From: Takakia lepidozioides
Taxonomy: Eukaryota > Plantae > Bryophyta
Direction of reading: 5' to 3'
Length of the DNA: 64,000 bases
Assembly: GCA_030704615.1 (NCBI GenBank)
Contig: CM060732.1
Span: forward strand, 49,662,001-49,726,000
The translations under genes and the position numbers were made by a program. The notes under the pieces are model-generated. The model saw only the letters and a program-made list of their open reading frames with translations. It did no database searches and was not told the DNA's origin. The stretch's first letter is position 1. Every line of letters starts with the position of its first letter. This document shows positions 48,488 to 61,086 of this stretch, piece after piece.

Positions 48488-49428
48488 CCCCTAAAGAAAG
48501 AGGCGACCGGAATTAGGTGGTTTCAGATTTCATCCGGGTGTAGTTTTCGTGGATGACCATGGATGGAAGTGAACCCTGAAGGTAAATGGTCCACATTAGG
48601 AAGGAGCACATGTGGGAATTTGTAGCGCCCAAAAAAATTTAAAGCTCTCCTCTCTAGAATTTTCTAAAATGCCAGGGGGCTAAAAAATCACACTTGACCT
48701 GCCCACGTGGCAGGCCAAATGGGCAATCTTGTAAATAACATCTAGGGCTCAGAATTTGTTACTATGCCCAAATCTTTGGACAACACTATGTAATGCTGCT
48801 CTGCACATAAATTTAGCAAATATTACCTCATGGGTGTATTTGGGAAGGAAGCCACAATCTAACAATCCATCCCCCATATTTCACATACATAGCAACCTAT
48901 TTCAAATTTCGGTCTGATTTTTAGGGGAGACATTCCTTTAGGTGCCATATAATCAGATTGTGGAGGGCATGTATCTCAAAAAATTCAACTGGATACTTGA
49001 ATTTGTCCCTTGGGCGAGGTCCCATGCGACGGCGAGGTGACTCTGAACAAGGTTACTTTCCTCTCACTATAATTAAGGGGCCTGATTTTATTTTTTTATT
49101 TTTTTTAGTGAACATGGAGAGCCTGATTTGTGAGCTGTCGCTCCCAGGTGTTTCCTTTTTCGGGAAAAGAAAATAAAAAATAAAAAATGGTGGTCAAACC
49201 AGTTTTTACATGCAATTTTAGAACACATTTAAAAATTGGAACACCTTATTTTATTATAATCTCCTGATTGCAATGGTCAAGTTGCCTGCAGTTTTCACAT
49301 GACACCAATGTAGTAGATATGCACATACCTATAAGGTTCAGCCCTCTGGATGATTGGCGATAATTACACCCTCATCCATAGCACCCTGTTGTAGGAGGCC
49401 AACCAATCGGGTGCTCGTCCTTTAGGGG
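48488..49428. mobile_element. piggyBac-like non-autonomous element
   Basis: TTAA (48484-48487) CCCCTAAAGAAAGAG ... CTCGTCCTTTAGGGG TTAA (49429-49432); TIRs match at 13 of 15 positions. Contains a nested SINE 3' fragment at ~49005-49187. Confidence 0.72.
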
Positions 49429-50467
49429 TTAATTGATGTCACATTGAAACGTGACACTTTTAACCCTAGTTTAAAATATGATAAAACAATATTCCTTGCC
49501 TCTAGAGACTAAAGTATCCAAGATCTATTCGGGGGGAAATTGAGGATCAAGGAAATCGAGATGGTGGGAGCGACCAATGGGCAGGGTGCGGTAGAGCCAC
49601 GACTGCGCGGACTAGCCTTCTGCATACTATGCATTGGTACCACAACCATGTTTGATCCTAAGACACCCCCATAAGTTTATGTTTACCTAGTTTCGGAGGG
49701 TAGTATGGAGGGTATACCACCCTTTATACACTAATCCTATATTTCCAACATCCAGGATGTTCCCAATGTTCCCAATGTTCTAATGGACCATGGCTTCATA
49801 TATACTAGGGTAGCCTATGCTGTTGGCCCAAGTGTCCAATGTCATCTAAGTCCAAGTGCATCAATAAATTACACAAGCCATATCTAAACATTTTTTTTCC
49901 ACGTAGCCTACGACCAGATTTGAACCGGAGATCTTTCCCTTGATATCTCTCATGTTGAGGCTCCAACCATTGACCCAGGAATGCCCACTTTGCTATTTTT
50001 CGTGAATTTCCAGCGACCCAAAGTACTGTATTCATTCCCTTTTTGCTTAAGTTTTGTGGTGGATGGTTGATCAAGCAAGTGATGCTTATGTGGAGCATGC
50101 TCTTTAGGGCTTGTGACTTCAAGTTTGAGAAGATGAGCTCTTGAATAGAGGTGTGGATACACATTATGATGAATGAAGACAACACCTAGGTCAAGAAGTG
50201 GAAGTGTGTGTGACTAGCCCATGCAAGGGAAAGCACATGGAAGATGGCATACAAAATTCAAATTCAAGCAAGGCTTGGCACTTGTCATTGGGCACATTAG
50301 TGTGCTATAAGTTCCAAGGAGATCAAGAGGAACTTGTCAATTTGGGATGAATGCATTGCAAAGTAAGATAATGCAATCTTGCATGCATGTTAGGGGGGAA
50401 GATACCATGAAGAAGGTGTTTCTTACTATACTCTACAAACCCTAGTCTCCATACTCTTCAAGAATCT

Positions 50468-50640
50468 GTGTATGGGCTCCTTCTGCCCATCATACACTTT
50501 TTTGAACAGTGTATGGAACCCCTCTGCCCAACATACACTTTTGTGAACAGTGTATGGGCCCCCTCTGCCCACATACGTTTGTTTGAACAGTGTATGGGCT
50601 CCCTCTGCCCCACCATACTCTTTTGTGGAAAATGTATGGT
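50468..50640. repeat. ~41-bp tandem repeat x4 with an internal hairpin
   Basis: Unit GTGTATGGGCTCCYTCTGCCCAnCATACACTTTTKTGAACA. Confidence 0.85.
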
Positions 50641-51514
50641 TACAAGTGGAGAGACCTTCTACCATACGTTTTCATTAAAAATGTATAACATCTAGGGTGT
50701 GTTTGGAGGACTGTTTGGAGGACTATTGGGGGTCCTTGAAGACCAATATTTGGCAAACACTTGGAGCTTTTGGAGGGCTATTTGGAAGACTATTTTGGGG
50801 TCCTTGGAGGCTAATATTTGGCGAGCTTAAGGAGTCTTTGGCGACTTGTCTGAAGGACATTTTGGGGTCCTTGAGGGCCAAGATTTGGCAAGCTCTTGGG
50901 GGCTTGGTGGACTATTTGGAGTCCAATTGTGAAAACTTTGGGAGCCTTAGTGAGATTGTTTGAGAGAGATCTTGAGGGTTCCTGGAGAGTTATTTGAGAG
51001 ACCCTGGAAGGTAGTTCTGTCTGTTGGTCATGAGCAAGAGCGTTTAGAGATAGGGGGAGACTAGTGGGATGAGAGCATTCTGGGATTAGGAATTGCTTTA
51101 GTTTTTCTTCCCCGTAGTCTTCCACCCTCTATATAGGCCAAAACCTTTCCGTAGGTGGAGGCAAGAGTCAGTCCGGGTTTGGGCTGAGGTGTCCTTACAG
51201 GAGCGACACTGTGGAGTGTTTTTTTGGGTGTGGGGGAGTTACTGACTTGATTTTCTTGTGTTTGGATCCCCCCCACACCTGCATGCTTGACTGTGCGTCA
51301 TGTCAATTTTGTGTGGGCGCTTGTTTTCATAGGAGGTTGGTCCGGATTTGATCACCGGCCAATCCTAGAGCGTGCTGTCGGTGGTGAGGCTGGGGTTGTT
51401 AGAGGGTTGCTTGGGACTTAGACGCTTTTTATGGGTTCTGTAGGGTACCCTTAATTTTTGCGTAGACTGAGACCAACATGAGCCTTAGGGGTGGCAGCAG
51501 CAGGCTTTAGGGGG

Positions 51515-51595
51515 GTCACACAGCCCGGCACAGCTTTACACAGCCAGTCACAACCCGACACAGCTTCACACAGCTCGGCACATCTTGACACAGCC
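51515..51595. repeat. Decamer ACACAGC-type tandem repeat
   Basis: About eight imperfect 10-bp units resembling the arrays at 58938 and 62887. Confidence 0.75.
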
Positions 51596-52229
51596 TGTCA
51601 CAATACATGGGGAACAGTTATCATTGACAGGGAATGACTGTGAGGGAACGACATCTGCAGATGGAACGTGTTACTTCAGGGATGACGGTTAGTTGGTTAG
51701 GTGGTTAAAACAACTTGCGGGTAGATAAGGAGAGCGGCAACGGAAAGAGGAGCACTTCACAGGGAGCGCTTCTTGGTCATGCAGAGGAGGAGATCAGGCG
51801 GAGAGCAAGAACGAGAGCACAGATAAGGAGGAAAGATGAACAGTAGATGCTTATTACATGCAAAGCTGTAGTGATACTGTATGGCAGATTAGAGTCACCA
51901 TGGCATTGGCCTGATACCTGATAAATCATAATCTAATACGATACAATCACACTGTGTAGAGAGACATGAGTGAAGTTGTGGAATGAATGCATGATTAACT
52001 GGAACTTAGTAGATACTGAAGCAATCTGATGCTTCAGTATCCACGGTAAGGTAAATTGATAACATGAAGGCAAGAAGGAATACAAATGGGAAGGACAACC
52101 ATGATTCACTAGCTGCAGGTCATGACTGATAGTTCTGAGCGGGCTGAGTACTTAGAGATATCCAACTCTTCTATCTTGGAGTTTCCACCTCGGATAGTGA
52201 AGGGATGGGTGAGTAAAAGCCGTTCGACA
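51596..52229 (+). repeat. Putative 5' LTR of the Ty3/gypsy element
   Basis: TGTC...GACA termini, followed 2 nt later by a PBS. Contains a perfect 12-bp hairpin at 52012-52041. The partner LTR is not in the window, so the left boundary is inferred. Confidence 0.6.
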
Positions 52230-52231
52230 TT

Positions 52232-52249
52232 TGGCGACCATACTGGGGA
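52232..52249 (+). promoter_or_regulatory. Primer-binding site, tRNA-Arg-like
   Basis: TGGCGACCATACTGGGGA immediately after CA-TT; resembles the TGGCGACTCnnCTGGGGA PBS of non-chromoviral plant gypsy elements. Confidence 0.7.
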
Positions 52250-55200
52250 CCTGGGTCATGAACAACCAGATGTGACAGGCATCTGGTGGGATCATGGTGG
52301 TTGGAGAATTAAAGAATTTGATGTGAATCAAATTCCCTGTTGAGAAGGAAAGATTGTCCAAACAATTCTTTCAGAGGTTCTTGGAATTGCCAGACGGTTG
52401 TAAAGAAAACATTCTTAAAAGAGTGCATGATACTGACCCTGAGTGGGGTCTGGAGAAAGGAGTGATAAAGATTTATCAGGTGGCCTGTAGAGGAAGAGCA
52501 CGTTGGTTACCAACACTAGTTTATGTGATAGCATTGCTATCCATTAAGCGAGTAGAGTTTGAAGGCTGGGAGGAAAGGAAGGTGAATGTTTATACTCATA
52601 TGCATGAGGAGCTTGTACTGGTAAAGAATTGGATTCCAAAGGATGTTCTGTGGATCAAACTCACACCAAGAACAGCTTTCCAGACTTGTTTGCCATATGA
52701 TTATATGGTAACGGAGACTTCTAGTATAGCTAAGGGTGCATTGAAGCTTGAAAGAAACCCAGGCATATACGAGAGATACTACAGAAGAGAGTTTTGGTTA
52801 TTGCCACATTAAATAAATGAAAGATATGGGACATGAGTGATGAAAGAGAAGCTAGACTCTAGAGATATTCATCAAAAAGAGAAAGTTATCTGAAAGCTAA
52901 TTATCCATATCTTTGGAAGAGAGGAATAGACATAGGGGAATCATCTGGACCTCTCACACCATTAAGATCAGAGAGTACATCACCCATACCGGAAGAACTA
53001 GAGTTGGATGCCACTCCTTTTTTTCTTTTCAAGAAAGATTAAGGGAATTGGTACAGGAAGAAGATCAACCACGAGGTGAAAGATCTAAGGTACATCCCTG
53101 GATAAAAGATTTGACAAAAATCTTTGATAAGAGTTGGCATGGAACACCAAAAGCAGGAATTCCAATTTCTGAGACGGAAGACGAAGAAGGAGGAGAGGAT
53201 GTGGCAGAGCCAACGGAGAGTTCAGACTCTCCAACACCATTGCAGTTGAGTTACATGAGTGAAGAAGAAACCTTGGAGGATGAAAACAGAGAGAAGAAAT
53301 TGGAAGAGGAAGAGTATGAAGAAGTAGACCCAATAGCTGAGGTTGAGACTACAACCAGGACATCCCAACCCGTTGGACCTGGATCAAGTGGAGCACTTGG
53401 ATCACAGGCCAACGAAGGTGTCGGCTCAGGGGGGACAGGGAGTGTGGGAAGTAGTGCAACTGGAGCTGGGAATACTGTGAATATAGTGGGGCCAGTAGCA
53501 GGGAGTGCTCAAGGGCCAGCACTTGGTGGAAGTTCCACCACAACTACAACAGGTCCTCAAGGACCAGCACCAGCAAGGGGGCCAGCACCTGTAAGTGGGC
53601 AAAAAGTAGGGCCACAGATGGCGTTACAACCAACACGGGCAAAACTACCTTTTCCAATATATTCAGGAGAAGGGGATCCTGATGTACACATTAGCCAATC
53701 TGAGCACATGTGTATTGTGAACAATGAGAATGGCGATGATGCCAAGATGAGACTGTTTCCTTGTTCACTTATAAAGAAAGCAAGTGAATGGTATGCAAGA
53801 TTCCCTAATAATCATTTCCTAACCTGGAATGGCTTGAATACAGCATTCCGAAATAGGTTCAGGACAAGTAAAACTGAGGATGAAGTGTATGGAAGTTTAC
53901 AACAGTTAAAGCAAAAAGAAGCATGAAACTGTTGAGGAGTATATGGAAAAAATGGAATTGATGATGAAAAAGCTGGCTGCTGTACCAGCACCAGGTTTAC
54001 AGAAGACTTGGTTTGTGAGTGGACTAAGACCAAAGTTGCAAAATAAAGTGGATATGTTACCCCATAATACAGTGGAGGAGGCATTTGAAACAGCGAACAG
54101 AATTGAGCAATTGGGAATGCTCAGGAGAGAGAAAGGGATGATGAGGACTCTGAGGATGAGTCAGATGAGGAAGAAGAGCAAGAGTTGAAAAGGAAGAGTA
54201 AGAGGAAGGAAAAGTTGAAGAGGGATAACTATGAGAAAAGATTAGAAGAAATCTTGAAGAAGTATGCCACAGAGGCTATAACACATTGGAGGAAGGGTGT
54301 TTGGTGTGCAAAGTGCCAGAATGAAGGCCATACCACCACTGAATGCCACATGAAATAGAAACACTGTACTATCTGTAAAATGGATAACCATTCTACTGAG
54401 AATTGTTACTATAACATAAGGACAACAGCTAGAGAACCTAGGCAAGTAAGGGTGCATCAAGTGCAGCCCCAGCCAAGAAGAAACAGTGATCAGGACCACT
54501 ATGGTAGGCCTGGTGGTTATAACAATGGCATGGAAGGTAGAGGTAATTCAAGAGGGAATTACCAAGGGAATTCCAGAGGCAACTATCAGGGTAATCCAAG
54601 GGGGAATTACCAGCCAGGGAATCAGGATTACAGAAAAAATTCCAGAACAGACCAAGGGCGAGGACCTAATGGGGAAGAACTGTGTTACTATTGTAATCAG
54701 GCAAGACATCGCAAGGCAGCCTGTCCATTCTGGATCAGACACCAGAATGAGATGAGAGCTCCTGTGAATGAGGGGCCAGTGGTGGCAGCTCACATGGTTA
54801 GGCCATGTGTTGTACTTGAAGTAAGTACAATGATAGTAACGAAAAGCAAAGCCAAACTAATACCTCCAGTAGATGAGGAAGATGATGATAATGAAGATGG
54901 CAGTGATGTGCCTGAAGATGATGAGGCTTGGAAAGATGAGAAGGAACTGCACAAGGAAGTGGCAGATACCATAAGGGAAATGCAGAAGAGTGCTGATATT
55001 CCTATGGCAGATTCCTCTGATTCTGAAAGAGAAGAGGAAGTGAGTGAGGATGAAGGGAAGAAAGAAGCTGCAGACATGCAGAGTAATGAAGGGACTTTGG
55101 CTGAAGTAATATGCCAGTCCAAAGCGGAGATTACCATTGGACAACTATTGGCTGTGGCACCTTATTGTAGACACAGGCTGTATCAAGCAATCAATCGAAT

Positions 55201-58200
55201 TGCCCATGTGACAGGGAACACAGACCTGAACAGCAAGGTGACCAGTTATAATGTGAAGCCGGAAGGGCGAGAAACAGTCATGGACTTTGATGATTCTATG
55301 CCAATAATCCAATTGAGAATTGGAAGCACAGAACTAACTGATGTACTGATTGATGGAGGCTCTGGAGTGAATATCATGACAGACCAATTAAGGCAGAAGC
55401 TTGGTCTAAGTAACATGAAACCAGCCCCATTTACAGTAACAATGGCAGATCAAAGAAGTGTACAGCCATTGGGATTGATAAGAGGAGTTAAGATACAGAT
55501 TCACAAGATGATCTTTATGATCACAGTAACTGTGTTGAAAATGGATGAAGTCATGGAAGCTTACTCCTTATTGTTGGGACGACCGTGGCTGAAATAGGCC
55601 AGGGTATTCCATGACTGGAATTCCCAGTTACTAACTCTGCATGATGGGATGCACAAGATACAAAACACCACTAAGAAATCTAGTAGATTACCTGCTACGA
55701 GAAGACCTCGAAGGGTCAGGGAGTATGACTGGAGGGGAGGACTTGATGAGGAGCAGGAAGCTACCCTGTTCACTGCACACCCAGAGTGGGAGCAGGTTGT
55801 AGAGATGCAGCTGGAAGGCCTAAGTTGTTTAAAAGGTATCTGATGTGGTGTAGTGACAGCAACACCAATTGAGGGTGAAACAAGCAGTTACCCACCACAT
55901 TTCTATGAAGAAAGAGAGGGAGAAATGGAAATCCTAGAGGAACCAGCCACTGTGAGTTTACAAGATGAAGTGGTGACTGGTTGGACAATCACAGCTGATG
56001 AGCAGGTGAGAGAAGTGAATGTGGGAACTGAAGAGGAACCGAGGATGGTGAAGGTAGGGGCTGATTTGGAGCTAGAATTCTTTGAGGAAGCTAAAAGTTT
56101 GTTCATCAAATACAGAGATGTATTTGCTTGGAGCTATGAGGATCTAAAAGGGATATCACCTGAGATCTGTCAGCATAAGATTGAACTGGAACCAGGGTCA
56201 GTACCAATCAAACAGGCAAGGTACAGAATAAATCCCAACTATGCACAAAAGGTTGGAGAAGAGATCAAGAAGTTGGCTGAGGCTAAGTTTATATACCCGA
56301 TAGAGTATACAACTTGGTTGTCACCCATTGTGATAGTTCCCAAGAAGAATGGTAAACTGAGAGTTTGTGTGAACTATAAGAAGTTGAATGCTTGCACGAA
56401 GAAAGATCATTTCCCCTTGCCATTCACAGAAGCGGTATTGGACACTGTAGCAGGCCATGAGATGTACTCACTCATGGATGGCTTCAATGGTTATAATCAA
56501 GTGCAAGTGGCAGAAGAAGACCAGGGAAAGACAGCTTTCATCACAGACTGGGGTGCTTATGCATACAAAGTCATGCCTTTTGGACCTTGTAATGCACCAG
56601 CAACCTTTCAGAGAGTGATAAGTAAATCTTTTCATGAGTATCTGGATGATTTCATGCATGTGTTCTTGGATGATTTCAGTGTGTACAACTCTAAGAATGA
56701 GCACTTGCATAAATTGGAGTTATGTTTGGCCAGATGCAGGATGAGAGGTCTGGGCCTGAATCCAGAGAAGTGTACTTTCTGTGTGAACTCAGGGGTGCTT
56801 TTGGGACACATTGTGTGTAAGAGGGGACTTCTTGTGGATCCTAGGAAGATAGAGGCCATTAAAGCCTCTCCACCACCAGTAAATGTTAAGAGTCTAAGGA
56901 GATTCCTTGGACAAACCAGTTATTACAGAAGATTTATCAAAAGGTATGCACAGATGGCAGCACCATTGAGCAAGCTTTTGAAGAAAGATGCAGTGTTTGC
57001 ATGGACAGCTGAATGTCAACAGGCTTTTGAGGAACTTACATTGTCAGTAACAACTACACCTATGCTGATTAATCCTCACTGGCATGTAGTATTTCATGTT
57101 CACTGTGATGCCTCAGGGGAAGCGTTGGGAGCAGTGTTAGCCCAAAATGTTACAGGAAATATTCATACACATGTGTACTATGCTAGTAGGTTGATGAATA
57201 GTGCTGAAAGAAACTATAGCACAACTGAAAGAGAAGCACTGGCAATGATTTATGCAGTCAAGAAATTCAGGCATTACCTATTTGGAAGAAAGTTTATGTT
57301 TTATGTGGATCACCAGGCTCTGATATATGTGGTGAACAAACCTTTGATAAGTGGAAGGATAGCAAGGTGGTTAATAATCTTGCACGAGTTTGAGTTCGAA
57401 GTTGTTTACAAGCCTGGCCATTTGCATCTTGTGGCAGATCATTTGTCACGCCTAACAACAGGAGAGCCCGCCACAGGAGTAGACGACTAATTACCTGATG
57501 CGAGTTTATTTGCAATGGAGGTGCAGGGAAGTGCAGATGAATGGTTAGATTGGCAGTGGCCAATCAGATACTACCTTACTCATGGTCAGTGCCCACCTAG
57601 TTATGGTAAGGAGCAGAAGAAGAGCATTGCTATCAAGGCTTTACCTTATACTATGGTAGGGGGCAGAATGTATAAGCTAGGACCTGATGGAGTACTTAAA
57701 CGATGCTTGTACCACCATGAAGTAAATAAAGTTTTGGAGGAAGTTCATAAAAGAGTGGCTGGAGGTCATTTTGGAGAAGAGACTACCAGTAGGAAGATAC
57801 TACTTGCAGGTTACTGGTGGCCTACTTTGTTCAAAGATGTACACAAGTATTGTCAGAGTTGTGATGAGTGTCAGCGGCTAGGACCTTTGTAGAGATATGG
57901 GAAGATGGCTTTGCATCCTACGATGCCTACTGAACCATTTCAGAAATGGGGACTAGACTTTGTTGGACCAATTAACCCACCAGCCAAGAATACACAGAAC
58001 AAGTACATAATTATAGCCACTGATTATACTACGAAGTGGGTGGAAGCTAAAGCTCTGAGGGACAACACAACCAAGTCCACAACAAGGTTTTTGTATGAGA
58101 ACATACTTATACGATTTGCTGTCCTCTGGAATTTATCAGTGACCAGGGAAGTCACTTCATTAATGAGACCATTGAACTATTGACTAAAGAGTTCATGATT

Positions 58201-61086
58201 GTGCATAGGAAGAGTACAACATATTACCCACAGGGTAATGGGCAGGCAGAGGCTACCAACAAAATACTATGTACTACCTTGGCTAAGATAGTCAATGCAA
58301 ACAGAACGGATTGGGATACAAAGCTGCTGACAGCTTTGTGGTCATACATGACTTCATATAAAGTCACCACTAAGTATACACCATTCCAATTAGTCTATGG
58401 TATGGAAGCTTTATTTCCAGTGGAATTCTTGTTACCTACCATGAGAACTGAATGGGGAAGGAGAATGGAATTGGAAGATTCAATTAAGGTCAGGAAACAT
58501 GAATTATACCATGTGGAAGAAGTACGTGTTGATGCAGCTGATAACATGACCAGAATTCAGATGAAGAGGAAGGAACAGTTTGATGAAGGTAAATTAAAGA
58601 CTTTTAAGACGGGAGATTTGGTTCTGTGGTTGCAGAAGAAGGGGAATATTAAAGCTTCTAAGCTTAAATCACCATGGAAAGGACCTTATGTCATACAGAA
58701 GATGTATGATAACAACACCGCCATGTTACAAACCATTAACAAATAAATGCTGGGAAGATTCAATGCCAATAAGTTGAAGGGGTACAGTGGTATCCATGAC
58801 AAACCATTGTAGCACGATTTGCATGTTGAAACGCAAAAACGGTCACGGGCTGCGCCAGCGATACCAACGGAGTATGGAGCACTTGTCGCTAAGCCAAGCG
58901 TATATGACCAGGGCGGAAAGTACAGGGTTCGCATAGCTATCACAGCCCATCACAGCGTGACACAACCTATCACAGCCCATCATAGTGTCACACAGCCTAT
59001 CACAGCCCACCACAGTGCCACACAGCCTGTCACAGCCCAACACAGCCCATGTAGGTTACACAGACCATAGGGTCAGTGACAGGTGGACGCGGGTTAACGT
59101 CAGAAGAGTGGCCATCAAGTGAAGAAGAAGTTTGGAAGTCAAACTTGGAGAATATGCCACGCGGAGCGGGGAAGTCGGGGGCATGTCTAGAAACAGACAC
59201 GTGGCCACTAAGGCGAAGCACACCGCACTGCATCGATTGCGAAAGTGGGTTTCATCATGCAAGAGGACAAATAGGGCCGTCAAAGTACCTTACCGGTACA
59301 GCAGCTAATACTAATTGTGGGCCCATTAATGCATTCAGAGTAAGGGTAACGGAACCCTTTCCGAGTACAGAAAAGAGGGACCTATGTCACATGTGCTGTC
59401 CTACTGGACATTCCAGGTGGGAATGTCCACGGAGGGGGGTGGAATTAAGAAATTATCTAAGCAGGCCACAGCCAATCAGGAGTGCAAATTACATGCAGGT
59501 GGTTCCCTCCAAGAAACAAGAACAAGAAATAGGAAGTGTTATGAGCGGAAGAGTCGGGGTGGCTCTGAATAGCCAATGTCTCGACGGGAGGGACAATCAA
59601 AGCACTAGCTTTGTAGCTATGGCGGATGTAACGGATTATACACTCGCTTTACTTCTCACACAGTGGCGCAAGGACGGACGAATTGAGAGTACATTTTCTC
59701 TCACTCAATACTTGCAAGCCCCACAGGCTTATACGCACTTACCTATTCCATTCTGTGCGAACCATACCTTCATGCTCTGTGCCCTGCAAGCTTTCCTTTA
59801 GCTGTTTCAAACAAAGCCTTTTTGTTTGTCTAGAATGAGGGGAATGGAGGATATCAGGGTGAAGAGCACCACGATTCTGCAGAAGCAAACAATTGCAGCA
59901 CCGCAGGCAGTACAGCTGCTAAGGGAGTTGCGATTGGAGGGGCTGCTACGCAAGGACTGGTCCTTGCATCATCGGCAGTATATGATTCAATTTCTTCAGA
60001 ACTTTGAGCTTTGGATGGGAGTTACCCAGGTGAGAGGAGTAGATATAGAAATTACTCCCCAGTACCTGCAGCAATTGTTTGATTTGCCATCAGGTCATGT
60101 GGATGTGGATGAGCACAGGGCAAGATTGCAGATAGGGAATTTGTTCCAAGAAGGGAGTTTCTTTAAAACTCAAGGTTACGCTTGTACCCAAGCCGAGTAC
60201 CCAGGGCTTAGGGAAGTTGGCCAAATATTGAGCGTTTTGTTTGCCATGAAACAGAACCAACAGTATTTGAGCAGGTCATTCACAGAGGAGATCCTGAAAG
60301 CTTTGAGGGGAGAGGATGTCGCTTGGGCGGAGTTAATGTACAATGGACTAGTGGACGAGATGAAGAGGTTGCAGGGCACTGCTGCTAAGTCTCTGATCAT
60401 TGTGTCTGGTCCAGTCATTGCCCAAATCATTCTTGATTTTTGCATACTTGATACTCGGGAACGTAAGGAGATGGGAGTGTTTGAGGCAGAAACCACTGCA
60501 ATTGAAGAGCAGGGCTCTTCACATAGTGAAGGTGGACTGGCAGGGCAACACCAGTCTAAGAGACAGAAGCGGGGTATGACTGTAGTGGCGGATCCACTGG
60601 CTTCACGGAAATCGCAAGATGATGTTTCCCAAGCTCTTGTGCAGGATGGGGCACAGCAGCACAGAGAGCTGTTATTATTGGAAGCACGACCTTCGGAGAG
60701 GGAAGAGGAAGTCACTTCGATACCACAGCCACCACAACCAATTGACTCAGTTGTTTTAGAGGTTCCACAGTTAGTACATGCTGTGACATCACCCCCAATT
60801 GCTCTGGAAGGAGAAAGGTTGGACATTCCCACTACAGAGCAGGTCGTGGCCGAAATTGAGAATGGTGACCTTCTCTATGAAAACTCTGGCTTGGTAAGGG
60901 AATCAGTGGTTCCAGAGGTGCAGCGGTTGTCCAGGGAAAACCCTTCTGTGCATGTAATACCCACACCTGTGATGGAGGTACCAGGGGTAGAATATCAAGA
61001 CACTGCAACACCTGTGGAGGATGAGGTGGTTCAGGAAGAGAATCTGGTGGGGCAATGGCCTGAATGGTTGGTGAGGCATCATACTG
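52250..61086 (+). mobile_element. Degenerate non-chromoviral Ty3/gypsy retrotransposon, copy 1 (5' extra ORF, gag, PR, RT, RNase H, integrase, 3' extra ORF)
   Basis: Gag (FPIYSGEGDPDVHI, LFPCSL...ASEWY) with three CCHC knuckles; protease VLIDGGSGVNIM; RT FLDD at 56663-56674; RNase H HCDAS...TEREALA...VDH; integrase HHCC plus WGLDF...SDQG...GQAE. Order RT-RH-IN, no chromodomain, many stops and frameshifts. Confidence 0.95.
58938..59050 (+). repeat. 10-bp/30-bp higher-order tandem repeat downstream of integrase
   Basis: ATCACAGCCC-ATCACAGYGT-SACACAGCCT units, about 3.7 copies. Confidence 0.9.

Noticed and set aside
50468-50640. CRISPR-like array
   Set aside because: Units are contiguous with no unique spacers, no cas genes are present, and the context is eukaryotic.
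55595-55597. Programmed gag-pol readthrough at the TAG after LLGRPWLK
   Set aside because: It lies within the protease C-terminal motif and is most simply a CAG-to-TAG decay mutation like many others in this copy.
58819-59070. His-rich TQPITAHH repeat as a functional integrase tail
   Set aside because: Both copies reach this frame only through different single-base indels, and a 30-bp stop-poor repeat stays open by chance.
60176-60832. 218-aa antisense ORF in the retroelement
   Set aside because: Shadow of the sense accessory ORF, with low-complexity composition and no motifs.
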